From Octopus bimaculoides (Eukaryota), in the NCBI RefSeq assembly GCF_001194135.2, contig NC_068989.1:8013910-8077909 (forward strand): 64,000 bases of DNA, in the 5' to 3' direction. Of the stretch, positions 47,486 to 61,604 are shown piece by piece (position 1 is the stretch's first letter; every line of letters begins with the position of its first letter). A model generated the notes under the pieces. The model was not told the DNA's origin, searched no databases, and worked only from the letters and a program-made list of their open reading frames with translations. Position numbers and translations under genes: made by a program.

Positions 47486-50400
47486 TAACACGAGGCAAAA
47501 ACGATAACACGAAGAACAACAAACACATTCGAGCTCACACACACACACTCGTGTGCACACACATGCACACACACATATTCACGTACACAACACACGCAGA
47601 TTAACGTACAGACACATACAAGTGTTCGAATCTAAGGTTTTACTACTCAAAATCGCACGTCGCTGCTATCCTTCATTCGCGAAAAAGATTCAAGGTTTTG
47701 CTTCTAGAAGGATCGCACATAGTGAAACTACTTTGAGTTGTAACAGAGTGAAGCGAATAATCTCTACAGCATTATTTGAAAACATTTTCTCCCGTTTTTT
47801 AATAAATATTGTACAAATACGTGTAAGGCCTGGCTGTGTGGTTAAGAAGCTTGCTTGCAGTCGCATGGTTTTGCGTTCACCCACGGCGTGACACATTGGA
47901 AGTATCTTCTGCTATCTACCTGGCGAGTGAAGTTGGTTGACGGAAACAGTGAAAGCCCGTCGTGTACATACAATGGCCTGTATTTTCTACACAGCTTTAA
48001 AACGTCCTTCCAAGTGAATGGAGTGGCCTTCACCGAGGTAATGGACATTTCTCCCCAAATATCTGCAACTTCCAAACCGCAGACCATTTCAAGAAAAATT
48101 AAAATCTGAGGATTATTTTTTACACCATCGAAAATTCTGCTAATATAAAATCACCAGAAATTCTTTTCGATTTTATATAAATGCCTTGTCTAGAAGTTGT
48201 TTAAAACTGTACAAAAGAAAAATCATTAAATATCTTCATAAAATTTCTACATTTAAATTTGAGGAAACAGTGCCAGTTGGTTTAATCCGCCTTCCAATAT
48301 AGCTATAGCTAGACAAAGTCGCATAACAATTAAGAAAATTACCTAAGAAACACTTTCTCATCAAACAGCATTAATATTACCAAATTTTTAACAGAAATAT
48401 TATTAAAATCTTATATTCTGCTACCCCTAATTTTGATTAAAATGTTACTACCTCAAAACTTTCAAGACTGAGTCAATACAGCATCATTTCATTCACAAAC
48501 TAATGCAACTTTTCTACTGAGTCAATGATTCCTTAAATTTTAATTAGCAAGCTGAGGACGAAATTAATTCGCTGTTTACATCAGATTAACTTCAGATCCT
48601 TTCAAATTTAAGAATCACTCATCTATCTACTCTTTCAGTAATTCTAAAGAGAGAAATCAAATTTATTATCTAGCGACATCAGGGATTTGAAAGCTAAATC
48701 TACCACTTATAATAGAAACTGGAATATCTTGTCTTAAGCCAGACCCGAAACCAGAAATGAGAATCCTTGTGAGTTATATACTAAAGAGAACCTGGAAATG
48801 AACTTCACTGATGAGCAAACTTGAATCACCATTAGGAAAGTGCCTCACTCTGTATTCATAGAAATTTTAAAACCACTAAATGTTTCCAAACATTCTGTTT
48901 TCTTAATCTTCATTACTTTTATTATTTCTATCGCATTTTCAATATTATTTTCATTAATACGATCTACATAACTTACCTGTAACACATTTCTTGTCATTAC
49001 TTAGCCAAAGACTTCAAATATGTTATCTTATTCAGATAATATTTTACTATACCTTCTACGTTTTACTTATTTTTCACAACTCCTTAGAAGTTTATACTTT
49101 AGAATTCCTTTCGTAAATAAAATTAAGTACTAACTGTGCCCCTTGGTCTACCTAAATCTAATCGAACCATTTATATGTAAACTTATAGAGTGGGCATACA
49201 AATATGTGGAACTTACTCATTTCTCCCATATCGAAAAATAACAGAAACACTTAATCGATTTTCGACTCTTACTGGTTAATCATCAGAGGGGGTCTCTGAT
49301 TATTATTATTCGACAAATCCCAGAGAAACAAGTTGTCAATCGAACATAAGTTCTTTAACATAAAATTCTCATTGTCACTTTATCTTAACGTTGTACCTAT
49401 TGATATATTTATTTACGTATTTTTCATCAAATGTATGTATGTATGTAGGTGCGTGTGTGTGTATGGATCTTTATATATATATATGTATAGGGATAAGATG
49501 GATAAGTTGTTGTAAGGCATCAGATAATTTATAACCTATTCATACAAAAAAGAGTATGAAAATATACAAATTTAGCAGAAAATTAACAGAATCCGGAAGG
49601 TACATGCTTATAGTTATTCATCATATACGAAAACTACCTACAGGTGAAATGTTTATAATGGTTATATATATATATCCAAGTTGTGACAAGTTTAAAAGAA
49701 GCTATGTCCAACGACTTAGAGTAAATTACTCAAAGACAAATCCAAGAGTGAATAAAGCTTGTTATCGATAAAGGTTTGTTCGACAAAATAAATTTTGTTT
49801 CGTCTATGGCTCGGCGGATACTGTCTGTCTGTTTGTCTGTCTCTTCCTCTATACATATGTGCATATATTACACACACATATACACAAACAAACAAGCACA
49901 CACACACAGATATATGTATGCATGCATGTATGTATGTTTAGCAATGGTGCATTGTAATAAACATGTGAGCTTCACACGAGAGTTGGTGAATCACAGATAA
50001 CTATGAAAAATATATAACCCTAGGAAAGCACGTGTAAGTAATGTGTTGCTTAAGTATACCTTTTGAAAATACGAATAAGCCAAGGAGTAAGTATGTGGTC
50101 GGTTCATTTGCTAGAAATAGCAACAAAATTTTGTTCACACCCCCTTGCATCATTTTGTCCTAGATACACTGTTTTCCAAAAATAAACAGACACAGAAGAT
50201 GAACGCNNNNNNNNNNNNNNNNNNNNNNNNNNNNNNNNNNNNNNNNNNNNNNNNNNNNNNNNNNNNNNNNNNNNNNNNNNNNNNNNNNNNNNNNNNNNNN
50301 NNNNNNNNNNNNNNNNNNNNNNNNNNNNNNNNNNNNNNNNNNNNNNNNNNNNNNNNNNNNNNNNNNNNNNNNNNNNNNNNNNNNNNNNNNNNNNNNNNNN

Positions 50401-53400
50401 NNNNNNNNNNNNNNTACGATAATTCGACGAATTTACAACGACAAAATAATTTGTACAACTTAACAACATTTCGAAAATATAACTATGTTCTTACTTGAAG
50501 AATTACTTGAAGAATTAATGAATTCTTGGAGGATCTAAGAGCAATTTTGATCACGGATTAGCTGTGTTGTTATTTGATGACATAAAATGTTTTCTTAGAC
50601 GAAGCGTCATACATTCCTCAGTCTATATACGTTTTTGTAAAAATGTATGCAGTTATGTATGTGTGCGTGTGCGGCTGTCAGTGTGTTGTAAAAATGTATG
50701 CAGTTATGTATGTGTGCGTGTGCGGCTGTCAGTGTGTAAGTATGTCAGTGTGTGAGTATGTCAGTGTGAACGTCTGTGCTGTATCAGCGTCTGCATATAA
50801 TTCTCCGCATCTGTGCGTGTATGTGTGTGTTTCTGTGGGCGTGTGCATATGTATGTCTGTGGGTGTGGCTCTGCGCATTCGTTTGTGCCAATAACTGTGT
50901 TGTGTGTGTGTGTATCTATGTGTGAGTGCATACGTAAGTGGGACATTACGTGTGTGCGGGGCAAGTATTTGGATGTGTGTGCGTGTGTGTGTGTGTGTGT
51001 GTTAAAGTTATCATGTATGAGTATACAGCATCGTGTGAGTTTGACTTCTTATGTCTGTCCCTCTGTTTACGGGAAAATTCCACGATTTTATGGTTATTTC
51101 CTTCCAACAATAAAGAAGACAAGAAACTGCTTCCCTTCGTCGTATATATGTCTGATGCTACATTTACATATATGTGGATGAGTATACCTATATACGTATG
51201 CATGTCTATATTCTTTTATTCTTTTATCTGTTTCAGTCGTTTGATTGAGGCCATGCTGGAGCACCGCCTTCGGTCGAACAAATGTTTGTAAGCCTTAAGA
51301 GAGCTTAAAGAGACTCTATCAGTCTCTTTTGCCGAACAGCTGAATTACGGGAACGTAAACAAACCAACATCGGTTGCTAAGCGATGGTGGGTGGGGACAA
51401 AGACAGGCGCAAAGATACGTAAATATATATATATATATATATANNNNNNNNNNNNNNNNNNNNNNNNNNNNNNNNNNNNNNNNNNNNNNNNNNNNNNNNN
51501 NNNNNNNNNNNNNNNNNNNNNNNNNNNNNNNNNNNNNNNNNNNNNNNNNNNNNNNNNNNNNNNNNNNNNNNNNNNNNNNNNNNNNNNNNNNNNNNNNNNN
51601 NNNNNNNNNNNNNNNNNNNNNNNNNNNNNNNNNNNNNNNNNNNNNNNNNNNNNNNNNNNNNNNNNNNNNNNNNNNNNNNNNNNNNNNNNNNNNNNNNNNN
51701 NNNNNNNNNNNNNNNNNNNNNNNNNNNNNNNNNNNNNNNNNNNNNNNNNNNNNNNNNNNNNNNNNNNNNNNNNNNNNNNNNNNNNNNNNNNNNNNNNNNN
51801 NNNNNNNNNNNNNNNNNNNNNNNNNNNNNNNNNNNNNNNNNNNNNNNNNNNNNNNNNNNNNNNNNNNNNNNNNNNNNNNNNNNNNNNNNNNNNNNNNNNN
51901 NNNNNNNNNNNNNNNNNNNNNNNNNNNNNNNNNNNNNNNNNNNNNNNNNNNNNNNNNNNNNNNNNNNNNNNNNNNNNNNNNNNNNNNNNNNNNNNNNNNN
52001 NNNNNNNNNNNNNNNNNNNNNNNNNNNNNNNNNNNNNNNNNNNNNNNNNNNNNNNNNNNNNNNNNNNNNNNNNNNNNNNNNNNNNNNNNNNNNNNNNNNN
52101 NNNNNNNNNNNNNNNNNNNNNNNNNNNNNNNNNNNNNNNNNNNNNNNNNNNNNNNNNNNNNNNNNNNNNNNNNNNNNNNNNNNNNNNNNNNNNNNNNNNN
52201 NNNNNNNNNNNNNNNNNNNNNNNNNNNNNNNNNNNNNNNNNNNNNNNNNNNNNNNNNNNNNNNNNNNNNNNNNNNNNNNNNNNNNNNNNNNNNNNNNNNN
52301 ATATATATATATATACACATATACATATATAAACATATACAAACACAAACGCACACTAACACACAGATATTCACATGCATACATTCATATTCATATACAT
52401 TGCTAGGTAAAATGCCTGAATGTCAAAATAAAATTTAGTATTTTTCTAAGCATGCCCTGATACAAAGAGGAAATCTAATTATGTACCAGATGATTGACAC
52501 TAAAAAGTTAGCTGAGATTATCTTCTGGGCCTAACCCTACAATATCTCTTTTAAATCTCTAATTGATAAAGAGTTATAATTTTCTTTTTCTATGGGCTCA
52601 AGTGATTCCCTGATTTCAGCTTGTTGACTGTGCATGTTTCCATGCAAATTGTATAGGTTCCTGATTTTGGTCATTTACCATATAGAGCAATGTTATTATC
52701 TCAAGTCATTCTTTCATGAATTTTGCATAACAATAAGTGTGCGCCATCTTGTAAAATATAATGGAATTATACGCGAATATATGAATAGGCAATAAGACAA
52801 CGAGTTGGCGGAATCGTTAGCACACCGGGCAAAATGCTTAGCGGCCGCCCAGGGCGGCTTTGCCTTCCATCAACCTTTCAGGGTTAATAAAATAAGTACC
52901 AGTTGCGTACTGGGTCGATCTAATCGACTGGCCTCTCCCACAAAATTTCAGGTCTTGTGTCAATAGTGGAAAGAATATCCAAAAATAATTTTCAAAGTTT
53001 ATGGCTGTACTGTGATGTCGTATCGTATCAATAAACAATTATTTATAATCATATAAACGTTATAATAGTTTATATAAAATATTGATCTTGTAAACCAAAA
53101 TTAAATACTATATTTTTATAACTTTTCTTAAGCTTACAAGTGAACCGAACACTCACAAAAAATTTTCAAAACCCATATTTATCCAATATAACCTAACAAT
53201 CAGCTCTCGCAGGAATTCATAATGGCTGAACTTTGTGGGATTCTTGCAAATGTATACTGGAATTGTTCTTTCGAAGGAGAATTAGATGCAAAGTGTATAA
53301 TCGATATTTCGTCATTAAAATTACTTAACCAATCATTTTCAATTCATTTTTCGTTATCTCTGCTAAATTTCAGATGATCTTAATGCCATTTGTTTTCGTG

Positions 53401-54052
53401 ATTTTCTGGAAATTTTGAAAGACTTACAACTAAACGGATGTCTTCTGCAATGTTTTACGCGAATATATATATGCTTTCGGTGCGAATGGTTTTTTATACG
53501 GCACCGAGTTTACAAACCTGTAAATAATAATAATGGTATTTTTATATAAGCTTAAAGCTTGTGGCGATCACCATGTCAATGACTAAGGAAAATAGTCAAA
53601 TAAAGGGGCATATAAGCCCTCGACAGAAAAACGAAGGCTTTCATATCTGCGTGGAAGTCGAACCTACATCCCTTTGTTAACGCGACTAAGTATGTTAACT
53701 TTACGCCAGCGAATCAGCCTCCCCTATATATATNNNNNNNNNNNNNNNNNNNNNNNNNNNNNNNNNNNNNNNNNNNNNNNNNNNNNNNNNNNNNNNNNNN
53801 NNNNNNNNNNNNNNNNNNNNNNNNNNNNNNNNNNNNNNNNNNNNNNNNNNNNNNNNNNNNNNNNNNNNNNNNNNNNNNNNNNNNNNNNNNNNNNNNNNNN
53901 NNNNNNNNNNNNNNNNNNNNNNNNNNNNNNNNNNNNNNNNNNNNNNNNNNNNNNNNNNNNNNNNNNNNNNNNNNNNNNNNNNNNNNNNNNNNNNNNNNNN
54001 NNNNNNNNNNNNNNNNNNNNNNNNNATATATATATATATATATATATATGCA

Positions 54053-54099
<47 letters not shown>

Positions 54100-54424
54100 A
54101 TATATATCAAAAAATATATATATATTGATAAATATGTGTATATATATATGTATAAATTTGAATATAGATACATATGTACAGATATACATACATAGGCACA
54201 CTTATACACAAACGCATACGCGCGCGGAGTCTCAAACGTGTGCGCGTGGTTGAATTTGTTTCGCAAGAATTTTTATTTGAAGCACTTTGCTGAAACCAAT
54301 ATTGTTATATTTTAAAAACTTCTCAAAACAATCAGCAGTTCTTTCTTCTTTTACTTTTATACTTTTTCAGAAACTTTTCGCTCATATGATTCTCAACTGT
54401 TGTTTCTTCTGTGTTATGCTGTTG

Positions 54425-54466
<42 letters not shown>

Positions 54467-55127
54467 AATTAACACATAACATATACACACACCAATGCAA
54501 GCTGTGTGTATATATTTATTTCTCTCTTTTTCTCTNNNNNNNNNNNNNNNNNNNNNNNNNNNNNNNNNNNNNNNNNNNNNNNNNNNNNNNNNNNNNNNNN
54601 NNNNNNNNNNNNNNNNNNNNNNNNNNNNNNNNNNNNNNNNNNNNNNNNNNNNNNNNNNNNNNNNNNNNNNNNNNNNNNNNNNNNNNNNNNNNNNNNNNNN
54701 NNNNNNNNNNNNNNNNNNNNNNNNNNNNNNNNNNNNNNNNNNNNNNNNNNNNNNNNNNNNNNNNNNNNNNNNNNNNNNNNNNNNNNNNNNNNNNNNNNNN
54801 NNNNNNNNNNNNNNNNNNNNNNNNNNNNNNNNNNNNNNNNNNNNNNNNNNNNNNNNNNNNNNNNNNNNNNNNNNNNNNNNNNNNNNNNNNNNNNNNNNNN
54901 NNNNNNNNNNNNNNNNNNNNNNNNNNNNNNNNNNNNNNNNNNNNNNNNNNNNNNNNNNNNNNNNNNNNNNNNNNNNNNNNNNNNNNNNNNNNNNNNNNNN
55001 NNNNNNNNNNNNNNNNNNNNNNNNNNNNNNNNNNNNNNNNNNNNNNNNNNNNNNNNNNNNNNNNNNNNNNNNNNNNNNNNNNNNNNNNNNNNNNTATATA
55101 TATATATATATATATATAAATATACAT

Positions 55128-55200
<73 letters not shown>

Positions 55201-55249
55201 GTGCATCAGGCAACCGAGGAAGATACATATAAAACAGAAGAAAAGCAAA

Positions 55250-55900
55250 AACACTGAACAAGAATACTCCCAGAAAAATAACAAGTGGGTCCCTGAACAA
55301 ACATGGTGCACAACCAAACTGACGTGGCCTCAATTGCGGACATGATGAGGCCACAAAAAGGACTGAATTACAAGTTCAGTTTTGACCCCTATCCATGCTT
55401 CTCACTACAACAAACCATAACGATTCCTTGGTACAGAGAGGCTGCCAACCTGTCCGACGACGCTTCAGCTGATGCAGCCCAGCGGGTTGAAATCAAGGGA
55501 TCTGTGAGTTCACATGATGTTTGTTGTCATATGATGGCGGGGTTCTCCCGGATGTTGCTGCACATAATCTTCCTTATTTTTATTGCTACACAAGACTTGT
55601 ATCTGGTGTCCTCACGCAACACATGTTGCATGGATTCTGTTGTGCCGAACTGCTTAATAATGGTCATCTCGGGCTCATAAGGATTGTCATTGACCATATT
55701 CTAGACCAGTTAGATGAGTTCTGCCGTCCTGACCCCATCTGATTTTTGGAAATATTTTTCTAACATGGTTGCGAATGATACATCCTCGCCATTATTACCG
55801 ACCCTAAACATAGGGATCCAGCCATATTTAAGTAGCTGTCGATATCCGAATCATTGTGGTTGGTGGCTGATGCCACGAACACAGAACGTCTTTAGTTTCC
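55250..55900 (-). mobile_element. Internally deleted Tc1/mariner (DD37D/maT-like) transposase fossil
   Basis: The minus strand gives DGVRTAELI*LV*NMVNDNP...MQHVLREDTRYKS, joined to SLDFNPLGCIS*SVV (compare SPDLNPLDYxxWSVV). Confidence 0.55.
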
Positions 55901-57714
55901 GGTATCAGACTGGAATCTGACACGTCGATGCTGTTGATAATTCTGTCGAAGAAATGAAGCAGTTAAAAATTGGCGCATCGCATGCTGCTTAACCTAAAGC
56001 TAACTTACCTTCCGCTGATTGCTCACTAAAATATGTCTACAAATATCCGGCACTGTATTTTGGTAACAAGGAATGTAAAATAGCGACCACGACAAGCTCT
56101 CCGAATGGAAACGAATTACACGAGCGCGCGCGCACACACACACACACACACACATTTACAAACGGATAACTGCTTACATTTTATAGAGCCCCAGATACTG
56201 AGTAACGTATTGTACGACGCTTTGTTTAAACATACTGCTGCTATATCATATAATAATATATCTTACTACTTAAGATGAATGTGTTTAAAAACAATTAGTA
56301 TTACAAATGTTTAATATTTCGTTTTTCAAATTTTCAAATTGTAATTAATGACACTATCTCCGAAAAAGTTGTTCCTATATGGCGAAATGAAAGAGCGAGA
56401 GAAGGAAACAAATGGTTAAGCTGGCTTGGGAAAATTTGTAGGGATATGGATGAAAAAGTTAATATGATGGCAAGCAGAACAAATTTAAAAGAAGACGAGA
56501 TTAATATGTAGAAAGTAGGAAAGGCTTAGCGTGGGTTTATACAGAAAACAAAAAGAGATATAAATGAAAATTGATTGTCGATAAAATATGGATGAAAAAC
56601 ATCGTGAAATGGAATATAATAAATAAAGAAGGTAAAAGACGTACAATTTCCAGTGAAGAGTTGTAATCTCTGGAGAAAGACTGTAAAGAGCGTTAAAAGG
56701 GGACGTTACTCTCAGAGGTTAGTAATATTTAAAAATGGGTGTTCAAAATGTTTGAGTATCATAGGATGAGTAGATGCACCGATTGAGACGGAATTCGGAA
56801 TTATGGTGAAGCAAAGATTAGGAAAGATTAATATTTCTAACTTTTTAATTGTAGATATGTGACAACGGTTAATATAATAGTAACAAGGATCGGAGTAACC
56901 AAATAATTTTACAGTTATGTCAGTAATTGTTTTTAGAATTGCATTAACGGTCAAGTTCGTATCGTAGTGTCTGAATACAAGGAAGCTAGGTGAAGCAGAA
57001 GAAGGTAAAGTTCTCTAGACCAGTACAGTAACAGTAATTCCTTTGTCCAGTAATTTGAATTTTTAAAAATTTCTTCCTGTTTGTATGGAGGTACAAAAAG
57101 CATTAATATAATATATGATATACAATATATATATATATATATATATATATANNNNNNNNNNNNNNNNNNNNNNNNNNNNNNNNNNNNNNNNNNNNNNNNN
57201 NNNNNNNNNNNNNNNNNNNNNNNNNNNNNNNNNNNNNNNNNNNNNNNNNNNNNNNNNNNNNNNNNNNNNNNNNNNNNNNNNNNNNNNNNNNNNNNNNNNN
57301 NNNNNNNNNNNNNNNNNNNNNNNNNNNNNNNNNNNNNNNNNNNNNNNNNNNNNNNNNNNNNNNNNNNNNNNNNNNNNNNNNNNNNNNNNNNNNNNNNNNN
57401 NNNNNNNNNNNNNNNNNNNNNNNNNNNNNNNNNNNNNNNNNNNNNNNNNNNNNNNNNNNNNNNNNNNNNNNNNNNNNNNNNNNNNNNNNNNNNNNNNNNN
57501 NNNNNNNNNNNNNNNNNNNNNNNNNNNNNNNNNNNNNNNNNNNNNNNNNNNNNNNNNNNNNNNNNNNNNNNNNNNNNNNNNNNNNNNNNNNNNNNNNNNN
57601 NNNNNNNNNNNNNNNNNNNNNNNNNNNNNNNNNNNNNNNNNNNNNNNNNNNNNNNNATATATATTCATATATAGATACATATGTATTATATACATACATG
57701 CATGCAACCATCCA

Positions 57715-57762
<48 letters not shown>

Positions 57763-58910
57763 GTGTTTTATTGAAGCTGTAAAAGTCTTACTCTGTGCTT
57801 CACTTTACCGATCAGTAGATAGAGGTAAACTTTTGAAATAATAGAATGAAACGCTTTAAATGGTGCAGTGAGTATGAGTTGGTAAATAATTAAATAAATC
57901 TTTAGAAGTATTGCATGTAGGGTGGCGACATTAAAAATAAATTGCTGAATTCTGTTGTAAGAAAGGATTCACCGTTAACGAAAATCAGTATGAATATTAA
58001 TAGCGAGTGGATTTAAGCTGAATAAATTAAAATAAATCCCCAAGCGTTGGTTTAGTGAAATAGTTTGCTGACCCAAAATTACAGGCAAGAAGAGGTTTTA
58101 GAATTTGAGAAATAAAGACGGAGTCATTCGACATTATAAATTAAAATGGAAAAAGAAAACATACGAAAAAAGAGTATGTATGTATGTATGTATACGTATC
58201 TATGTAAGAATGTGTTTAACGCATGTAAGCTTGCTTCCAATACACAAACACACACACATAAACATACACAGACATAAATGTGTATATATGTATGTATATA
58301 ACTTTATTTACATGAGTAATTATGTACAAGAAATATATAAATATGTATATGTTTGCATTATGAATATATATATANNNNNNNNNNNNNNNNNNNNNNNNNN
58401 NNNNNNNNNNNNNNNNNNNNNNNNNNNNNNNNNNNNNNNNNNNNNNNNNNNNNNNNNNNNNNNNNNNNNNNNNNNNNNNNNNNNNNNNNNNNNNNNNNNN
58501 NNNNNNNNNNNNNNNNNNNNNNNNNNNNNNNNNNNNNNNNNNNNNNNNNNNNNNNNNNNNNNNNNNNNNNNNNNNNNNNNNNNNNNNNNNNNNNNNNNNN
58601 NNNNNNNNNNNNNNNNNNNNNNNNNNNNNNNNNNNNNNNNNNNNNNNNNNNNNNNNNNNNNNNNNNNNNNNNNNNNNNNNNNNNNNNNNNNNNNNNNNNN
58701 NNNNNNNNNNNNNNNNNNNNNNNNNNNNNNNNNNNNNNNNNNNNNNNNNNNNNNNNNNNNNNNNNNNNNNNNNNNNNNNNNNNNNNNNNNNNNNNNNNNN
58801 NNNNNNNNNNNNNNNNNNNNNNNNNNNNNNNNNNNNNNNNNNNNNNNNNNNNNNNNNNNNNNNNNNNNNNNNNNNNNNNNNNNNNNNNNNNNNNNNNNNN
58901 NNNNNNNNNN

Positions 58911-58957
<47 letters not shown>

Positions 58958-59236
58958 GTATGTATGTATGTATATACCCCTCAGTACCCACAAGCACACA
59001 CACACACTCGCACACGCAGACATACATGTATGCATATGTATATACGCACATACACACACACACACATGTCCACACACATATATACACGCACGTATGTCAT
59101 TGTTCTGCTTTATTTCAAGATTTCTTGCCAATAGGGAAAGAGCCAGTTTGTAATCTATATCCAAAACTCCTTCATTGGAATTCCAACATCAGCCATAGGA
59201 TATTTTTGTTATTTTGTGGTTTATATATGTATGCAG

Positions 59237-59512
59237 GAGAGCCCAGCAAGGACTGTCTGACAATTTCTGTAACTACATCACCCCTAACATCTGGCAGCCT
59301 AACTCCCCAGACTGCAACGCCCTTGATTATAATGTGTGGGGCGCAGTTGATCGAGAGACCAAGAAAACTTTTTGTAACACCAATGATGAACTGAAGGCAA
59401 GAATTATGCCAGCATTCACCCACTTAAACAAGGAAACTCTCCAGAAGAGTTGCAGGCGATTCTGAAGTCATCCAGAAGCCGAGGTTAAAGCCAATGGCGA
59501 TTTCACTGAATA
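59237..59512 (+). mobile_element. Tc1/mariner transposase C-terminal fragment
   Basis: It reads IWQPNSPDCNALDYNVWGAVDRETKKTFCNTNDELKARIMPAFTHLNKETLQKSCRRF*SH.EA.VKANGDF.E*, containing the WPPNSPDxNPLDY motif. Confidence 0.85.
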
Positions 59513-60862
59513 AATATACTCTTTTGTATTTCAAGATATTTTTATGTAATTTTGGTAAATATAACTTTTAAAATGAGAGGTTAGTGTTAACGACTATTGA
59601 AGAGGTTGCAAGAAGCAACGGAAATTTTATAAAAAATAGATAAGTAAATGAATGGAAATCGAACCGGTAAGTGTCTTAATTAATAAGGTATTAAAACAAC
59701 GGCTCTCCTTAGACAGTAAAAAAAGTGTTACTTCCATTTTTGTATAATTTAGACGACTGTATATTCNNNNNNNNNNNNNNNNNNNNNNNNNNNNNNNNNN
59801 NNNNNNNNNNNNNNNNNNNNNNNNNNNNNNNNNNNNNNNNNNNNNNNNNNNNNNNNNNNNNNNNNNNNNNNNNNNNNNNNNNNNNNNNNNNNNNNNNNNN
59901 NNNNNNNNNNNNNNNNNNNNNNNNNNNNNNNNNNNNNNNNNNNNNNNNNNNNNNNNNNNNNNNNNNNNNNNNNNNNNNNNNNNNNNNNNNNNNNNNNNNN
60001 NNNNNNNNNNNNNNNNNNNNNNNNNNNNNNNNNNNNNNNNNNNNNNNNNNNNNNNNNNNNNNNNNNNNNNNNNNNNNNNNNNNNNNNNNNNNNNNNNNNN
60101 NNNNNNNNNNNNNNNNNNNNNNNNNNNNNNNNNNNNNNNNNNNNNNNNNNNNNNNNNNNNNNNNNNNNNNNNNNNNNNNNNNNNNNNNNNNNNNNNNNNN
60201 NNNNNNNNNNNNNNNNNNNNNNNNNNNNNNNNNNNNNNNNNNNNNNNNNNNNNNNNNNNNNNNNNNNNNNNNNNNNNNNNNNNNNNNNNNNNNNNNNNNN
60301 NNNNNNNNNNNNNNNNNNNNNNNNNNNNNNNNNNNNNNNNNNNNNNNNNATATATATATATATATACATACATATGTATATACATGTATGCATGTATATC
60401 CAAATTGAGTGGGTGGAGAAGGTAAAGTTCAGGCTACATATGTTTCTTAACTAGCAGATTCTCTGATGCAATAATTGTTAAACGAGGGATACTCCTCAGG
60501 AGAAGAAACCTTAATTATATATAGGTTACGGCGTTGTGGGGGGAGGTGGGGGGCATCTTTGTGTCTGTTTTTGTCTGCCCCCACTATTTAACAACCGGTG
60601 TTGGTGTGTTTACGTCCGCGTAACTTAGAATAAGTACCAGGGTCAAAAGAAGTAAGTACTGTGGTCGATTCGATCGATTGAAAATTCCTCAAGGCGGTGC
60701 CCCAGCATGGCCGCAATCTAACGACTGAAGTAAGTACAAGGGGAAAGAAAAGACGTATGTATGTATGCATGTATGTATGTATGTATGTATGTATGTATGT
60801 ATGTATGTATGGATGGATGGATGTATGCTTCTGCATGTATGTTTGTGTGCGTGCGTGCGTGC

Positions 60863-60902
<40 letters not shown>

Positions 60903-61604
60903 TTATGCATGTATATTTTCCATTCGGACTTCCTCCAAAAGAGTACAAATGTACACGTGTTGAAAGTTTTTGTTTTTCATATGTATTCGGTTAATATATT
61001 AACAGTACTTCTAGTTGCAACATAAACAAATCTGTGTTTGTCCGTCCCTGTACAGGTGCACGAGAGTGACTGCATCTATCATCTATATGTATATACATAT
61101 TGCGCACACATATATACAAATATACACATAACATATACATATACATGCATAAATGCATAGATAAACGCATACTTACAAGATTTCTTAATACACTCATAAA
61201 TACATCATATATGACAGTGTGTTGTGTCTTTATACATGTATGCGTGTATATATAATTAACGCACACACACACACACGCACGTACACACATGCTCAGACAG
61301 ACAGACACTCACCCGCACATTTATATATACGTATACAATCGCATATGTTCTTTGATCAAAACAAGCATACACACAAGACATACATGCAATTATAGGAACA
61401 TACAGGAAGTTGTTAGTGATAAAAAGCTACCAACACATGTGTGTCTGCATGCGAGATGGTTTTACGTGTGTGGTGCATCTGTTAGATTGACGTACAAAGC
61501 TTTTAATAATGTTGGCGCTAGGAGACCTATAATCTTTCTCGAATTAATACCATACCATCTCAGAAACAGAGACTCTTGATATCATTTTAGTATATTATCA
61601 TGTC

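Noticed and set aside
48100-48900. Complex AT-rich stretch that might be a decayed Penelope or LINE ORF
   Set aside because: No diagnostic RT or endonuclease motif could be read in any frame.
50635-50736. Perfect 51-bp tandem duplication (also an 18-bp duplication near 11626 and a 17-bp direct repeat near 22253)
   Set aside because: Ordinary slippage duplications in low-complexity DNA.
53370-53520. Acceptor-like aaatttcag followed by an open stretch (DDLNAICFRDFLEILKDLQLNGC)
   Set aside because: There is no convincing donor and no recognisable protein motif.
9253-60408. Long ORFs in the supplied track that run through N-gaps or (TA)n, (CA)n, (TAA)n and (CTA)n tracts (poly-X, poly-I/Y/N/H, HT and CV repeats)
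   Set aside because: They are artefacts of gaps and microsatellites, with no coding complexity.
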